A stretch of 64,000 nucleotides of DNA from Eledone cirrhosa (GCA_964016885.1 OZ024741.1:147560001-147624000); one strand, 5' to 3'; positions 13,627 through 26,637 are shown, counted from the first letter of the stretch. The notes: generated by a model from the letters alone, not told the origin. Numbers and translations: made by a program.

Positions 13627-13815
13627 GTGGTGGTTTACCAGTATCGGTAGAGGGCTGGACGCCATGCTTTGCAGCATAGAGTTACAGCCCTTTATGATCT
13701 GAGTTCAAATCCAACCGAATTTAACTTTGCCTTTCATCCTTATGGGGTCAATAAAATAAAGCACCAGTAATGTACTGGGGTAATTACTGGCCTTGTGCCA
13801 AAAGTAAAAACAATT
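13627..13815 (+). mobile_element. tRNA-derived SINE (abundant family; other copies approx. 8497-8640+, 11860-11975-, 16900-17685+ cluster, 29190-29362-, 35760-35900-, 53375-53565-, 54165-54637- cluster, 55875-56062+, 62400-62550-)
   Basis: A-box-like CAGTATCGGTAGAG, B box GAGTTCAAATCC, conserved body TTTGCCTTTCATCCTTACGGGGTCGATAAAATAAAGTACCAG, tail GGCCTTGTGCCAAAAGTAGAAACAATTATT. Confidence 0.85.
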
Positions 13816-14702
13816 ATTAATGAAAGACAACCTATGATTTACAAATAATTTTGAAAATAATCAGGTATTCGTTGAGATTTAATACTAACTTTCTCCTTAT
13901 TAAGCTTACATAAATTAAGATAGCTTTTGAAATAAACATAAACATTAGCCCTTTCATTACTATATTTTTAATGAAAAGCACTGCCTAAGATTTTGCAGAT
14001 AATTTTGAGAGATTTAGTAATATAGTAACACTGCCAGTGTGTTGACTTGCCTTAAAAGGTATTAGAAGGAGGCTGCCTATTTTACTTCCATTAATATCTA
14101 ATTCAGAAGCTATCTATATTGACAAGATATTTATAATCCTTCAAATATATAATTAAATTCCAACATCACTTTTTCATTAAGTTAGTTGTTTGAAACAAAA
14201 CTCAATGAAGATTCTTACATAAAATGATGGTGAAAGATATTTAAAAATAAATACTTTAAAATATAGTTATTGTAGCATAGAACAAGGTGGTTTTGATATT
14301 ATAAGGGCTAAATGAAAAATGGTATTTTATAATTCCTACTAATTCTAATTAATTCTAATTAAGGCTTGATTGTGTATATTTAACCCTTTTGGTACCAAAC
14401 TATTTCTGGTTTTATGATCGAAAAAGATTTGTTTTAATGTGTATATATTTCTCTAAAAATTTCCGTCATAATTTTATATAAGAACCCATGTTAAGTTACA
14501 GACCAAATACCAACTTAATAATGAGAAAGTTTGTTATATTAATTACTAAGCCCCTTGAAAATCTTGATTATATTCTTTCAAAATGAAGAAGAAAGCGATA
14601 AATAAATAAATAAATAAATAAAAGATTCTTTAGAATTATATAACTCTGTGTAAATTCTGTACTGAATTTAGAATAAGAGCAAACTTGTTTGGTTAGATTT
14701 AG

Positions 14703-14911
14703 ATTGGTGATTTGAATATTGTCAAATTAAAAATTTGTAGTGAAATTGATCTGAATGAGTGTCGTGAAGAACCAATCAGTATTCTTAGACAGATTTGGTT
14801 AATTAGTGGAGATAGTTTAAGTGTAAATGGTTTACTTCGTTCTGTTGGCAGTTTAGTAAGAATCTCTGCTGATAATAGTCAAACATTAGTACCACAATCA
14901 ATTTGGAAATG
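14703..14911 (+). pseudogene. Exon-like segment of an unidentified, probably decayed host gene
   Basis: Open non-repetitive frame IGDLNIVKLKICSEIDLNECREEPISILRQIWLISGDSLSVNGLLRSVGSLVRISADNSQTLVPQSIWKW bounded by TTTAG and GTGAAT; no TE motif recognised. Confidence 0.4.
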
Positions 14912-15019
14912 GTGAATGACTTTTAGCACTGGCTTTTATAGAAACTTGCCATAAAGTCGGCGCCATGATTACCACCATCACCACTATCACCCATTATAAT
15001 CCCCAACACCACCACCACC

Positions 15020-15075
<56 letters not shown>

Positions 15076-15653
15076 TTTCCATTTTCACTATGATTACAAT
15101 AATTGTAATAGTGGTGGTGGTGGTGGTGGTGGTTGTAGCAGTAGTATTGAGTGTCATTAGAATTATGAGAAGGATAAGGTGATGATGTCAATGATGATGA
15201 AGATGGTAGTAGAAGTAGTGGTGTATAGTTATGCTGATGGTGATGGCAGTGATGGAAATATTGGAAATCATTAGGGTGATGCTGATGATGTTTGTGATGA
15301 TGATGATATTGAAAATGAAGAAAAAATTAAGAAACTATTTTAATGTGATTTCTAGGAGGTGTAACAAGTAGCATTGGATGTTTTGGACATGCAGGGAACT
15401 AATTTAAAGAAACACAAGCTGTTTCAGTAGTGTTAGAAGCAACAGAGAAGACAGACTCAGCAACTCTGAGCCAGTAGGTGAAGTGAATTTATATGTGGAT
15501 ATGTTTGTTTTCGTTTTGTTTGTTTTCCTTACAAAATATAGGAAATACATTAAATGGTTAGTCTAATTTGCCTGTCACACACATGTTTGGCAACATAGTT
15601 AAATATACAATGAATATTTTTGCTAGAACACAGCATATATTTGAAAATTTTAA

Positions 15654-15912
15654 CCCTTTTGATACCAAACCACCTGAGTCTGCCCCTGGTTCAATGATAC
15701 AAAACTGTTTTGTTTTTTTCAATGTTTATATTTACCTAAAAACCTTCTTTCATAATTTTATGTAAGAAATTTTGATAAGCTATGCTTCAAACACCTGCTT
15801 AATAATGAGAAAGTTAGTTATATTACTAAATCCCACAAAATTCTTGGTTATTTTCAAAATTAGTTGAAAATTATAGGCAGCATCTTTCATTAGAAATACA
15901 GTAATAAAAGGG
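15654..15912. mobile_element. piggyBac-like MITE (TTAA target; related copies 62925-63188 and partial approx. 14385-14600)
   Basis: TTAA|CCCTTTT...AAAAGGG|TTAA termini; internal similarity to 62925-63188, which is also TTAA|CCCTT...AAGGG|TTAA. Confidence 0.75.
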
Positions 15913-17939
15913 TTAAGGTAAACTTAAGGTAGATATAACTACTGTTTTTGAAATCAGTGTGAAAAGAAAGAAATGTGAAGTATAAACATTTTCAACTTTT
16001 CCTTCATACTCAGAAAAACATAAGAGATTATTCTAACCCCTAGGCAGTGATGCATGTTCACCACTATCTAATTTACATTGTTCATATACATGGTGAAGGC
16101 ATAACTATCACAGCTTCTATTTATTTATCTACTATGAGTATAAAGCTGCCTATCTGTATATGTAAATCATTAATTGTTGCAAATATGTTACAACAATTTT
16201 ATTTGCTCACTTAATCAAATTTTTCCTAGTTTTCTCTCATCTATATTTTCTGTTTCTAATTCCCTTTCTCTATGGAATATGGCAAATTGATAATGGGGAA
16301 AATAAAGATCGTTAAATTAGCAACAGTCATTACGATTTTTAAAGATTAATGTAATTTTTTTATTCATTTTGTTTGTATCACAGGGCGTTGGTTAAAGCAG
16401 AACAAAATACAACTTGTCATTGATCTTTAGTCAACATTTCAACACAAAACATTCAAAGCAATATTTTTTTCAACATGACAATGTAATTTTTGAAGTAAAT
16501 TGAGCAAGCAATTTTTTTTTTTAATTCAAAAAGCGAATAAAAATATTTCTTTATTGTTTTCATAAAGTTGATAGAATTTGCCAGCCAGAACATGGTGGGG
16601 GAAAACAAGCTATCAACATTGAACTTTGCACCTAGAATGCTATATCGAAAATATCTGGGGAGATTTCTTTCTTCTTTTCTTTGCAACAAATAAATATCAT
16701 TTGCCCCCAATAAAAACATCTGCTGACCTTTTGCTAAAACTCTTTCCTTTCACTAGAAAATAATGGTTCTATATATGGATGTAGAGGATTTCATACCACT
16801 TAATCACTGATTTGTGGCAACCGCCATTATTATTATTGTTATTATCATCCTTATTATTATTATTATTATTATTGTTGTTGTTGTTGTTGTTATAAAAGGG
16901 TGGTGGATTGGCATTATTGGTAGAGAATATCATGCTTTGCAGCATAGAGTTACACCTATTTACATTCTGAGTTCAAATCCCATCATGGTTAGCTTTGCCT
17001 TTCATCCTTACGGGGTTAATAAAATAAAGCACCAGTAATGCACTGGGGTTGATTTAATCCACTCCCCCCCCCACACACACACACCTAAAAACATTGCAGG
17101 CCTTGTACCTAAATCAGAAACCATTATTATTATTATTGTTATTATTAGAAAAAAGGTTAATGGAATGGCAGTACCAGTAGAGCATCAGACAAAACGCTTT
17201 GGAGTGTTTAATTATGACTTTCTATATTCTGAGTTTAAATCTTACCAATGTCAGCTTTGTCTTTCATCCTTTCGAAGTCGATAAACCCAAAATTCTAAGC
17301 CTTGTGCTAATAGTAGAAACAATTATTGTTGTTGTTGCTATTGTTATTGTTGTTGCAGTTGTTTTATTAGCAGTATTGATAGAGCGTCAGACACAATGCT
17401 TTGCAGCATAGAGTTATGGCCCTTTGCGTTCTGAGTTCAAATCCCACTGAGGTTAGCTTTACCTTTCATCCTTACAGGATCGATAAAATAAAACACCAGT
17501 AATGCACTGAGGTAATTGCTGGCCTTGTGCCAAAGATAGAAACAATTGTTACAGCCCTTGCCATTCTGAGTTCAAATTCCGCCGAGGTTAACTTTGCCTT
17601 TCATCCTTAAGGGGTCGATAAAATAAAGTACCAGTAATGCACTGGGTAATTGCTGGCATTATGCCAAAAGTAGAAACAATTATTATTGTTGTTGTTATCA
17701 GTATTGATATGTGGGATACTTTACATCATGGTGTTCCTTCTGTCAGTTGTGGCTAATAAATAGTATCAGTAATGGAAAGACCAATGGAAATATTGTTTCC
17801 TTGGTGATTGGCCTCTTTCATTTTTTCTTTAGGGTCATATATTCTATGTTGTACATTTTATGTAGTATTTTAGTGTGAACATGTGATGCGCATGGAAGAT
17901 AGCAGCTGCACAAAGAAATATAGAGAAACCCCAGTGGCT

Positions 17940-18510
17940 GGGACCTGTGGAAGAGGCAGACCCAGGAAGACCTAGGTGACCGAATTAGCAGCAGAGGTGG
18001 GTGTTCAGAAAGTACAGGAACCAGGGTAAGAACGGGATGGAAGAAGTTCAGGGAGCTGCTAGCTGCAAAAGGCGTTTCCCTCAAAATGAAAGGCAAACTG
18101 TATGATGCGTGCATACAAACAGCAATGTTACATGGTAGTGAGACCTGGGCAGAAGACTTGCGTAGATTAGAAAGAAACGAAGCTTGTATGCTCCGAAGAA
18201 TATGTAATAGTAATATATGTGAACGGCAACGCATAAATGAATTGAGAGAGAAACTAAGCATAAGAGGAATCAAATGATGTGTGCAGGAGAGGAGACTATG
18301 TTAGTATGGACATGTTATGCGTATGAAGGATGACAGCTGCATAAAAAGGTGCAGAGCACTAAGAGTCGATGGAAGCCTTGGAGTGGGGAGACTCAAGAAG
18401 ACCTGGATGAGGTGATAAAAGCTGACCTTGCCCAATTGCACCTCTCAAAGGCGATGACACTGGACCAAGACCTCTGGCGTTACGCATTAATACAAAAGAC
18501 CCAACTTCCC
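17940..18510 (+). mobile_element. RTE-clade LINE 3' fragment
   Basis: RTGWKKFRELL..KGVSLKMKGKLYDACIQTAMLHGSETW..LERNEACMLRRIC..YGHVMR, typical RTE thumb/C-terminus; stops and frameshifts. Confidence 0.85.
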
Positions 18511-18645
18511 ACTGGTACAAGCGCCGAAGCTGAAGCATATAGACAGTATTGTGCTATTAAGACAGCTTCAATTTCAAATTATATACTCTAGAGAATGTTT
18601 AGGTAATGTCTGGTTTCATTGGGGGTGGCAGCCTCTAATATCAGT

Positions 18646-18972
18646 CAGAGGCTGACTGGCCATATGGGCATTTGAGCTATGCCTGGTGGGCTACTGGGTT
18701 GAGTAAAAAAGAAACAAAATCTGCTAAAAGTATATGGCATGTGAAGCAGCTGAAAAAATGTTGTAACCACTGTACAAAGATTGAAATGAAAATAGAAAGT
18801 GCCTCAGCTGAACAGTAAAAACTCACCTCTGGCCCTTAACAGTCAGCAGTCTGTTAATTAGTGTCACCTTAGCTGAGCAGTGAAAATACACCTCTGACCC
18901 TCTCCAGTAAACAGTCTGTTAATTAGTGTTGCTTGAATGCCCAGACTGGTTTTAAGACTCAGTCTGCTTCTG
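18646..18972. mobile_element. Possible hAT-like MITE
   Basis: Imperfect termini CAGAGGCTGACTG ... CAGTCTGCTTCTG; internal approx. 62-bp direct duplication at 18800-18930. Confidence 0.35.
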
Positions 18973-19708
18973 GTATCAGTCAAAAGAGTTCAACAAGTTT
19001 GACTTTAGATGTCATAGATTCACCCTAGTTTTGAACCTTTCTTCAACTTTCAAATGTCAATGTAAATGGCTAGCTATCAGATCAACTTGGTTTCACTCAC
19101 TTAGTCCATCAAAAATAAACTCCACTAAATTGAAGAACAATGAGGATTTAATTGAGGCAACAATTAACAAATTATAAAAGAGTATCCAAGGTGCAAGACA
19201 CCTTATATCTTTTTATTTGTGCACTTATATATCTATATAGAAATTAATAAATTACATGAATACACCAATTTCACAATTGAAGGATCAATATTTATTATGT
19301 AACTGACACGTGATTTGTTAATATGTAAGTGATTACATCTAGAATCATTAATCCGATATAGGTTTCAGGACAATTCAAACTCCAATATGCAGTATCAACA
19401 GTTTCACGTATCAGCTTTTCAAAGTGAAACAATATTTTTATTCATACAATGTTTTTATATATACATGTGCATATGCATACACACACATATACATATATGT
19501 ACAGAGAGAGAGAAGGCATGTCGCTAAGGAGGAATTTAGGTTATATATACATTGCGGTAAAGTGGTCATCTTGGTGCTATGATAAAAAGCACCCAGTACA
19601 CACTGTAAATGTGGTTTGTGTTAGGAAGTGTATCAAGCAGTAGAAAGCAAGTCAACTCATCTAACCCATGCTAGTGTGGAAAAATTGACATTAAATGATG
19701 ATGATGAT

Positions 19709-19964
19709 CGCGACTTATGTCGGACAGACGGGACGCCGCCTGGCGGACCGAGTCACGGAGCACCTCCGGGACATTCGTCTCGGGGGCAGTTCCCCCATCG
19801 CCCGCCACTTTGGTGGCCCTGGACACTCCGCACACCATCTCACAGTCTGTGGCCTACTCCAGTGCCACGGAACACCCGCCCATCGCCTCACGGTCGAACA
19901 ACGTACTATCTTCATCTTACAGACCCACTCCACACTCACTCATCCCACTAACACCCCTACTAAT

Positions 19965-19995
<31 letters not shown>

Positions 19996-20946
19996 CCTCA
20001 CTCCAACTCTCACACCTACCCATCCTCGCCTCCCTACCATTCCGCTGACTGCTGCTATGCCCTTCCGACCACTGTCTCAGCACCTACTGACCACAGCACT
20101 CCCACTGCTGACCACTTCCTGTTGCGCGCGCACCCCACATCTCTCCTCTTCCGACCACCGCTTCTTGGATTACCCACACGCGTTTTGACTTCCAACCAAA
20201 ATCTCCATACATCCGTGTAACTTACCACTTTTCAACCATCCTCTAACACCATCACCTATATAACTCACCCACACACACATCCCAAAACAAATTTTTTTAT
20301 CCACACGCCACCCACACCCACAACACGCTTAAACCACACACACGTGCTTCCCACCACATATTTACACCCTCAGCCCCCTGATTCCTCTCCCCCCACCCCC
20401 TATCCACACACGCACAGACCCTCCGACACACAAAAACACCCCCCACACACACCTTCCTGAACATGCAACCCCGTTCTTCCCCCAACCCTCACTTTCACAT
20501 ACACACACACACACACACACGCACACCTAACCACACACACCACCTTCAGCCCTCCTCGCTCGGACACCCCGTCTCCCTCTCCCCACTCCACCCGCCTCCA
20601 CCTCTACTCACCCCACACCCTTCCACCACCTGTTTACCCCCCTTTTAATTTCAGTTTATTTTGATCATGCCTTTATTTTTAAATGTTCTCATTCCTTGTA
20701 TTTTGATCATGCTTTATTTTTATTTATTATTTATTATATTTTTGTCTTTATTTGTTAATTTTTCATTCGCACCGTTTCCTTTCGCTATATGTCTCTCCAC
20801 CACTCCCCTACACACCTTTTGAACTCTTACCTGAAGAAGGGCTTATGCCCGAAACGTCGTCCTCCACCTACCCCCCACTCTCCTGAGCGTGAATCTAATA
20901 AACATTTGTCGTACTGCCTCTCTGTTCTGTCCCTGTTCAATTTTTT

Positions 20947-20950
<4 letters not shown>
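19709..20950 (+). mobile_element. Penelope-like element 3' fragment (GIY-YIG endonuclease end, C/A-rich UTR, hammerhead motif)
   Basis: YVGQTGRRLADRVTEHLRDIR..SPIARHF..GHS..RLTVEQRTIFILQT matches the PLE GIY-YIG C-terminus; CTGAAGAAGGGCTTATGCCCGAAACGTC at 20831-20858; ends at (TA)n. Confidence 0.88.
20829..20861 (+). ncRNA. Minimal type I hammerhead motif in the Penelope pLTR
   Basis: CUGAAGA-A-GGGC UUAU GCCC-GAAA-CGUC; palindromic ACGU stem III; stem I only about 2 bp. Confidence 0.6.
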
Positions 20951-20980
<30 letters not shown>

Positions 20981-20984
<4 letters not shown>

Positions 20985-21313
20985 AAAAAAGATGAAATCA
21001 AAAATGCAACTGGAGTCTTTTTTTTTTTAAATATATATTTATTTGGTCCCTTTACTGCTTTCGCAGTTCTTCTGCTTTTCAAAGGTAGAATTGAGATGGA
21101 AGGTTTTTGGTTTTTCTCAAAAACCCTCCATCTCAATTCTACTTTGTGAAAATCAGAAGAACTGCGAAACCGGTAAAGAACCAAATAAATATATATTTTT
21201 TTTAAAAAAAGACTCCAGTTGCATTTTTGATTCCATCTTTTTTCCTTATACTTTCACTCGTGTAGGACACCTCGGTTATTTTTTTTCATTTTGTAAAAAA
21301 ACCTCACTTTCTA
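20981..21313. mobile_element. (TA)n-flanked palindromic mini-element with a degenerate hammerhead in both arms
   Basis: Arms 20981-21109 and 21118-21247 are reverse complements; arm consensus CCUU UGAAAA GCAG AAGAA CUGC GAAA CCG GUA AAGG. Confidence 0.7.
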
Positions 21314-21332
21314 ATATATATATATAGGAAAA

Positions 21333-21731
21333 TCTTAGTCTCTGTCCACGTATTGACCTGCTGATAGGTGGTATATTGCCATAGAGATCCTTATTTGTTG
21401 GGTGTTGCCTCCAAGACACGTTTAAAGCAGTGCGGAGCATACGTGTGTATTCCCCGTCTAGCGTCCAAGTGATAGTCATAAACAAGCACAGACTCCACAT
21501 CAGCATTGCTGGCCACTGTTGGCGCAGCAAGGAAGAAATAGCAGGTGATGTGTTGTTATGGAGTCCATCTCATGGAGCAAGAAACGCTGGTCGTCTCAAG
21601 AAGACATACGTCAAGCAACTTGAGGACGATACTGGATGCACTGCGGAAGAACTGGCAAACGCTATGAGAGACAGAGATGAATGGAGGAAACGTGTCGTAG
21701 AAAGCCGAGCAAGCTCGATCTGATGATGATG
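21333..21731 (+). mobile_element. RTE-family insertion with 5' inversion and 11-bp TSD
   Basis: Minus segment ends ..ISRSIRGQRLRF at the left flank, plus segment continues AGHCWRSKEEIAGDVLLWSP..; (GAT)n tail; ATATAGGAAAA at 21322-21332 and 21732-21742. Confidence 0.85.
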
Positions 21732-21733
21732 AT

Positions 21734-21851
21734 ATAGGAAAAAGTATGACCCGACTGCAGAGCTCAAGCCGTTTCCACGACTATTTCTTGAGTCCAGAAA
21801 TAGCCGTCAAAACGGCTTGAGCTCTGCCGTCGGCGTCATACTTTTTCCTAT
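21734..21851. repeat. 118-bp near-perfect hairpin element
   Basis: ATAGGAAAAAGTATGACCCGACTGCAGAGCTCAAGCCGTTT..CTATTTCT TGAGTCC AGAAATAG..AAACGGCTTGAGCTCTGCCGTCGGCGTCATACTTTTTCCTAT. Confidence 0.9.
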
Positions 21852-21950
21852 TTCCCACTCTACTACCCTAAGTATTGAGTACTATGGTGCGTTATGGTCC
21901 ATCTGGTTCCTTACCACAATTCCTTTGTTATATATATATATATATATATA

Positions 21951-22784
21951 AAAATGTAATTCCAAAGAATCATTAGATAAAATATATACATTATTTCCTC
22001 TCCCAATCAGTATAAATTAGCCACACAAAAAATCATTTAAACGAGGCTATAAGTTTAAGATGTACAAATGATACAGATTCTTTTCCGCGATGTACAGCCA
22101 TATACATTTACCTAGTATTTCTCCTAGCCTGTATAAATTGACTAGACAAATAGTTAACTAGACGGAATTAGGTACAAAATTGAAGTTAGAAGAAAAAATG
22201 CACATAAACTTTACCAAAATGTTCATAGTCTCTACCAACCGGTGGTTTCGTTCCAGTTTTTGGATATATGCAGTCTTGGATAAATCCACAAGGCTCGGAA
22301 CTCATCAGGATATACCCCAGAAATGAATTCAAAATGGCTAAGAACCATCACGTGGCCAGTGGTCAAGGCAGAAAGTTTGTGATTGGTGCCTGTCGGCGAG
22401 TAGGCTGGTTGCTAGAAAGTGCAGCTGAATACTGCCTAAAGTTTTACTCAACCTTACGGGACTATATATTAAATTCAAAGGGCATATATATATATATAAA
22501 TTAGACAAAGTCACAGTTACATATATGCGTTTGGCAATCATTCACGGTAAAAGAACCTGTATCATTTGTCTATTATTTCTTCATAAGTACATTTTAAATG
22601 ATTTTTTTGTGTGGTTAATTTATACCGATTGGGAGAGGAAATAATGTATATATTTTATCTAATGATTCTTTGGACTTACATTTTTATAAATTGCTCTGAT
22701 TAATAATTATTTAATTAATTCTTCATTGAGCCACACCGTGAATGGTTGCCAAATGCATATATGTATCTGTGACTATGTCTAATT
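21951..22784. mobile_element. (TA)n-flanked element with two inverted-repeat pairs and an internal hammerhead
   Basis: 21951-22040 is inverse of 22593-22686; 22499-22548 is inverse of 22736-22784. Confidence 0.75.
22233..22312 (-). ncRNA. Type I hammerhead ribozyme with long stem II insertion
   Basis: UAUC CUGAUGA GUUCC..(insertion)..GGAAC GAAA CCACCG GUU GGUA; stem II GUUCC/GGAAC, stem I UAUC/GGUA. Confidence 0.7.
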
Positions 22785-22802
22785 ATATATATATATATAT
22801 AT

Positions 22803-23337
22803 AGCCACGGAATAGGCAGACCTAGAAAAACCTGGGACAAGCTGATAAACTCCGACCTCACACACTTACACCTCTCCAAGACAATGTCACTGGACCGAGA
22901 CCTTTGGCGGTACTCAGTAACAGAGAAGACCCGCCTTACCTAAATACATAGTAAAACCTACTACAGCCAGTAGGCATCTCTAACAAAATACACCCCGTCC
23001 CACCACTACTACCCCCACCCCATCCACACCACCCCGTTCTATGTAAAGTTATGTTGGTGCCGCGCCATCCAGGCCGAAACAAATGAGATCGTGTAGGTGT
23101 CACGACAAAAAACGCACAGTCCACGCTGTAATGTGGCCGTATAGGCAACACGGTAAAAACCTCCCAGACCCACACTGTAAATGTGGTTGGTGTTAGGAAG
23201 GGCATCCAACTGTAGAAAATCTGCCAGACAGTCCTATGCGAGCAAGACAATCACTCTTGCCTCAAGTGGGACTACCCCCATCCAAACCCATGCAAGTGTG
23301 GAACACGGACGTTAAACGTTGATGATGATGATGATGA
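22803..23337 (+). mobile_element. RTE 3'-end fragment with long 3' UTR and (GAT)n tail; inverted sister copy at 25298-25845
   Basis: GRPRKTWDKLINSDL..DRDLWR end, similar to 18380-18505; TTAGGAAGGGCATCC..ACCCATGCAAG..GGACGTTAAA(GAT)n. Confidence 0.8.
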
Positions 23338-23550
23338 TATATATATATATATATATACCCTTTGAATTTTATATATATATATATATGTCACTTAGACACC
23401 ATCCCAAACAATGTACAGTGATACACACAAAAACTAAAAAAACAACACACACACACTCACATATCTTCCTTTCTCTATTTTTTATTTTTTTCTCATCTTT
23501 CTAATTTTACTCTCGTGGTGAGGAGATGGTCTGATATGTTCAACTCCTTT

Positions 23551-24018
23551 TCCCACACTATCTCTCCATTTCCACAGGGGGTCGACCTGGCTCCATATTC
23601 CCATACTGTGTCACTGAAGCTCCCCAGTTCCAGTGTGTGCCACCCTAGCCCCGCAGTTCATAGTGCGGCACCCTAGCTCTGAAGTGCCACATTTTCCCAC
23701 ACTATCTCTCCATTTCCACAGAGGGTACCATAGCTCCATATTCCCATACTGTGTCACTGAAGCTCCCCAGTTCCAGTGTGTGCTACCCTAGCTCCGCAGT
23801 TCATAGTGCGGCACCCTAGCTCTGAAGTGCCACATTTTCCCACACTATCTCTCCATTTCCACAGGGGGTACCATAGCTCCATATTCCCATACTGTGTCAC
23901 TGAAGCTCCCCAGTTCCAGAGTGTGCCACCCTAGCATCACAGTGTCATAGTGTGGGACCCTAGCTTTAAAGTGCCATATTTTCCACATTGTCTCCCCATT
24001 GCCATAGGGGGTCACCCT
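23551..24018 (+). repeat. approx. 144-bp satellite, about 3.2 units
   Basis: TCCCACACTATCTCTCCATTTCCACAG recurs at 23551, 23695, 23838 and approx. 23981. Confidence 0.9.
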
Positions 24019-24019
24019 G

Positions 24020-24157
24020 GTGGTTGTAGTGGTGATAGTGGTGGGGGTAATAGTAGTAGTAGTAGTGGTGATGGTGGTGATGGTAGTAGTAGTAGTGGTG
24101 GTGGTGGTGGTGGTGGTAGTAATATTAGTAGCAGTAGTAGTGGTGGTGGTAGTAGTA

Positions 24158-24193
<36 letters not shown>

Positions 24194-24512
24194 CACTACC
24201 ACTACTACTGCTACTGCTACTACTACTGCTACCAGTACAACTACTACCACCACCACTACTACCAACACCACCACTCCCTCTACCACTACTACTATCACCA
24301 CCACCACCACCACCACCCTCACTACCAACAGCACTACTACCTCCACCACAACTACTACTACTACCACTATCATCACCACTATTACTACCACCCACCACTA
24401 CTACTATTACTACTACTACTACCTCCACTACTAATAACACTACTACCACCATCACCAATACTACTACTACCACTACCACTACTACTACCACTACCACCAC
24501 CACCACCACTAC
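24020..24512. repeat. (GGT/AGT)n followed by (ACT/ACC)n trinucleotide microsatellite
   Basis: Directly visible; the poly-V/poly-Y/poly-P ORFs here are artefacts. Confidence 0.95.
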
Positions 24513-24649
24513 TTATGCCATTTTTACCTGTGTCATTTTTGCTGTTTGCTATCTTCTTTTATATATTCGTTACCAGTGCCATGACGAAGTACCTACCCCA
24601 GTTCACGCTGTCTAGCATTGCCTTCTGAATTTTCCCTGCCTCCAGCCCG

Positions 24650-25170
24650 CTGTCATCTTCAAGAACATCTTTCAGGTTTCCAGAAAAGAACTCTGCCAGC
24701 AGGTTCATTGTGATGTTTCACATGTCCGGCTAATGTGGGCCTCCTACACCTTATAATGTCAGAAAGGTGAAGGTGTGAGCTGTAGAGCAATTTCTTTGCT
24801 ACATGTTTTCTCCAGTATATTTTCTGGACCTTTCTCAGCATCCGGGTGAATGTGCCACTAATCCTCTTTATGAGTGTTTTTGTCATTGTCCATGACACAC
24901 ATCTTTAGAGGAGAATGGACTACCGTTGCTTTGAATAGCCTCAGAATGGAGGCTGCAGTGCAGTCCATTGGACTCTTCTTGAATACTGGCTAAACAAAAT
25001 AAATGTACATCAATGCTACATCAAAGAAAAAAAGCATGCGCTGGATGGTTTGGAGATTGAAAAAGTCGATGACTGCTTGTATCTTGGCAGTTTTATTAAC
25101 ACTAAGCATGATGTGTATACTAGGATAGGCAAGGCATGGTGTGTGCTCTCAACTCCCTATCAAAGGTGTG
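24650..25170 (-). mobile_element. RTE-family fragment (same group as 21333-21731)
   Basis: SWTMTKTLIKRISGTFTRMLRKV..IIRCRRPTLAGHV..VLFWKP. Confidence 0.75.
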
Positions 25171-26637
25171 TGTGATCCGCTCAAGAAAACCTTAAAACTA
25201 CATATATATAACTATATATGTGTGTGTGTGTGTATTCTATATATCTATATACATATTCTAATATATATATATACATACATTGAGAAATAAGGTAAAATAT
25301 CATCATCATCATCATCATCATCGTTTAACGTCCATTTTCCACGCTTGCATGGGTTTGGACGGGAGTTTTCCCACTTGAGGCAAGAGTGGTTATCTTGCTC
25401 GCATAGGACTGTCTGGCGGGTTTTCTACGGCTGGATGCCCTTCCTAACACCAACCACATTTACAGTGTGGAACTGGGAGGTTTTTACCGTGTTACCTACA
25501 CGGCCACATTACAGCGTGGACTGTGTGTTTTTTTGTCGTGACACCTACACGACCTCATTTGTTTCGGGCTGGATGTTGTGGTACCAACATAACTTTACAT
25601 TGAAAGGGGTGGTGTGGATGGGGTGGTGGTAGTGGGACGGGGTGTATTTTGTTAGAGGTGCCTACTGACTGTAGTAGGTTTCACTTTGTACTTAGGTAAG
25701 GCGGGTCTTTTCTATTACTGTGTAGTGCCAAAGATCTCGGTCCAGTGACATTGTCTTGGAGAGATGTAAGTGTGTGAGGTCGGAATTTATCAAGTCGTCT
25801 CAGGTTTTTCTGGGTCTGCCTACTCCGTGGCTACCGTCTATTTTTATTGCCCTGCACTTTTTTATACAGCTGTCGTCTTTCATGTTTTATACAGCTGTCG
25901 TCTTTCATATATGTTGGCTTATTTCTCAATGTATTCATTGCCCTACATGAATTCATAATCTTTCATATAAGGATTTCATACTTTTCTATAAACTTATATG
26001 TAGTCGTGTGTACATAAAAATCCTGTATTTTTTAACTGTATAACTGTATAACTGTATAACACCTATAATTATTTAATTATTTGCTTTCGTATTTGAAATC
26101 ATATTACTTTATACTATATATATTTAACAAAGGGTATAAATAAGAAATTGGTAGATGGGATTAACATGAATAATAGTTGAAATAACAATAATAATAAGAA
26201 TAAATGATTTTAGTTTATATATGGTTTACTTCATGTGAATCAATTAAAAAGTACAATAAAACAGTTACCAAGTGTTGCAAAGGTTGACAATGATATTTTG
26301 TTGTTGATATGAAAACGGCGAGCGATGAGATAAAGTTTGTTGGTGGTTAAAGTTTGTTGCAGTCGTCATAGTAGTTTTCGTCGTTAGTCTAATCTCTCTG
26401 TATTTCTGTAGACCACTGGGGTCTGTTGATAGTGGTGAATCTTTCACATAGCTTGTTCTGTAGTGGGGTGCTCCGATGTCTGTATAAACGTGGGAAAATA
26501 TAGGCTTTATATACCTGTCGCTTTCTGCCTCCCACCTTTAGGGGATAGCCAACGCATCAACCTGTTCACGCCAAAAGGGTGGTGACCTAGAATTTGACCT
26601 TTAGGTGTCACCCAAGGTTCAAGGTGTGGACAGATCT

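Noticed and set aside
16384-16423. Possible terminal exon in phase with 14703-14911 (WALVKAEQNTTCH*)
   Set aside because: Good acceptor but only 13 codons; competes with the 15357 candidate and cannot be resolved without transcripts
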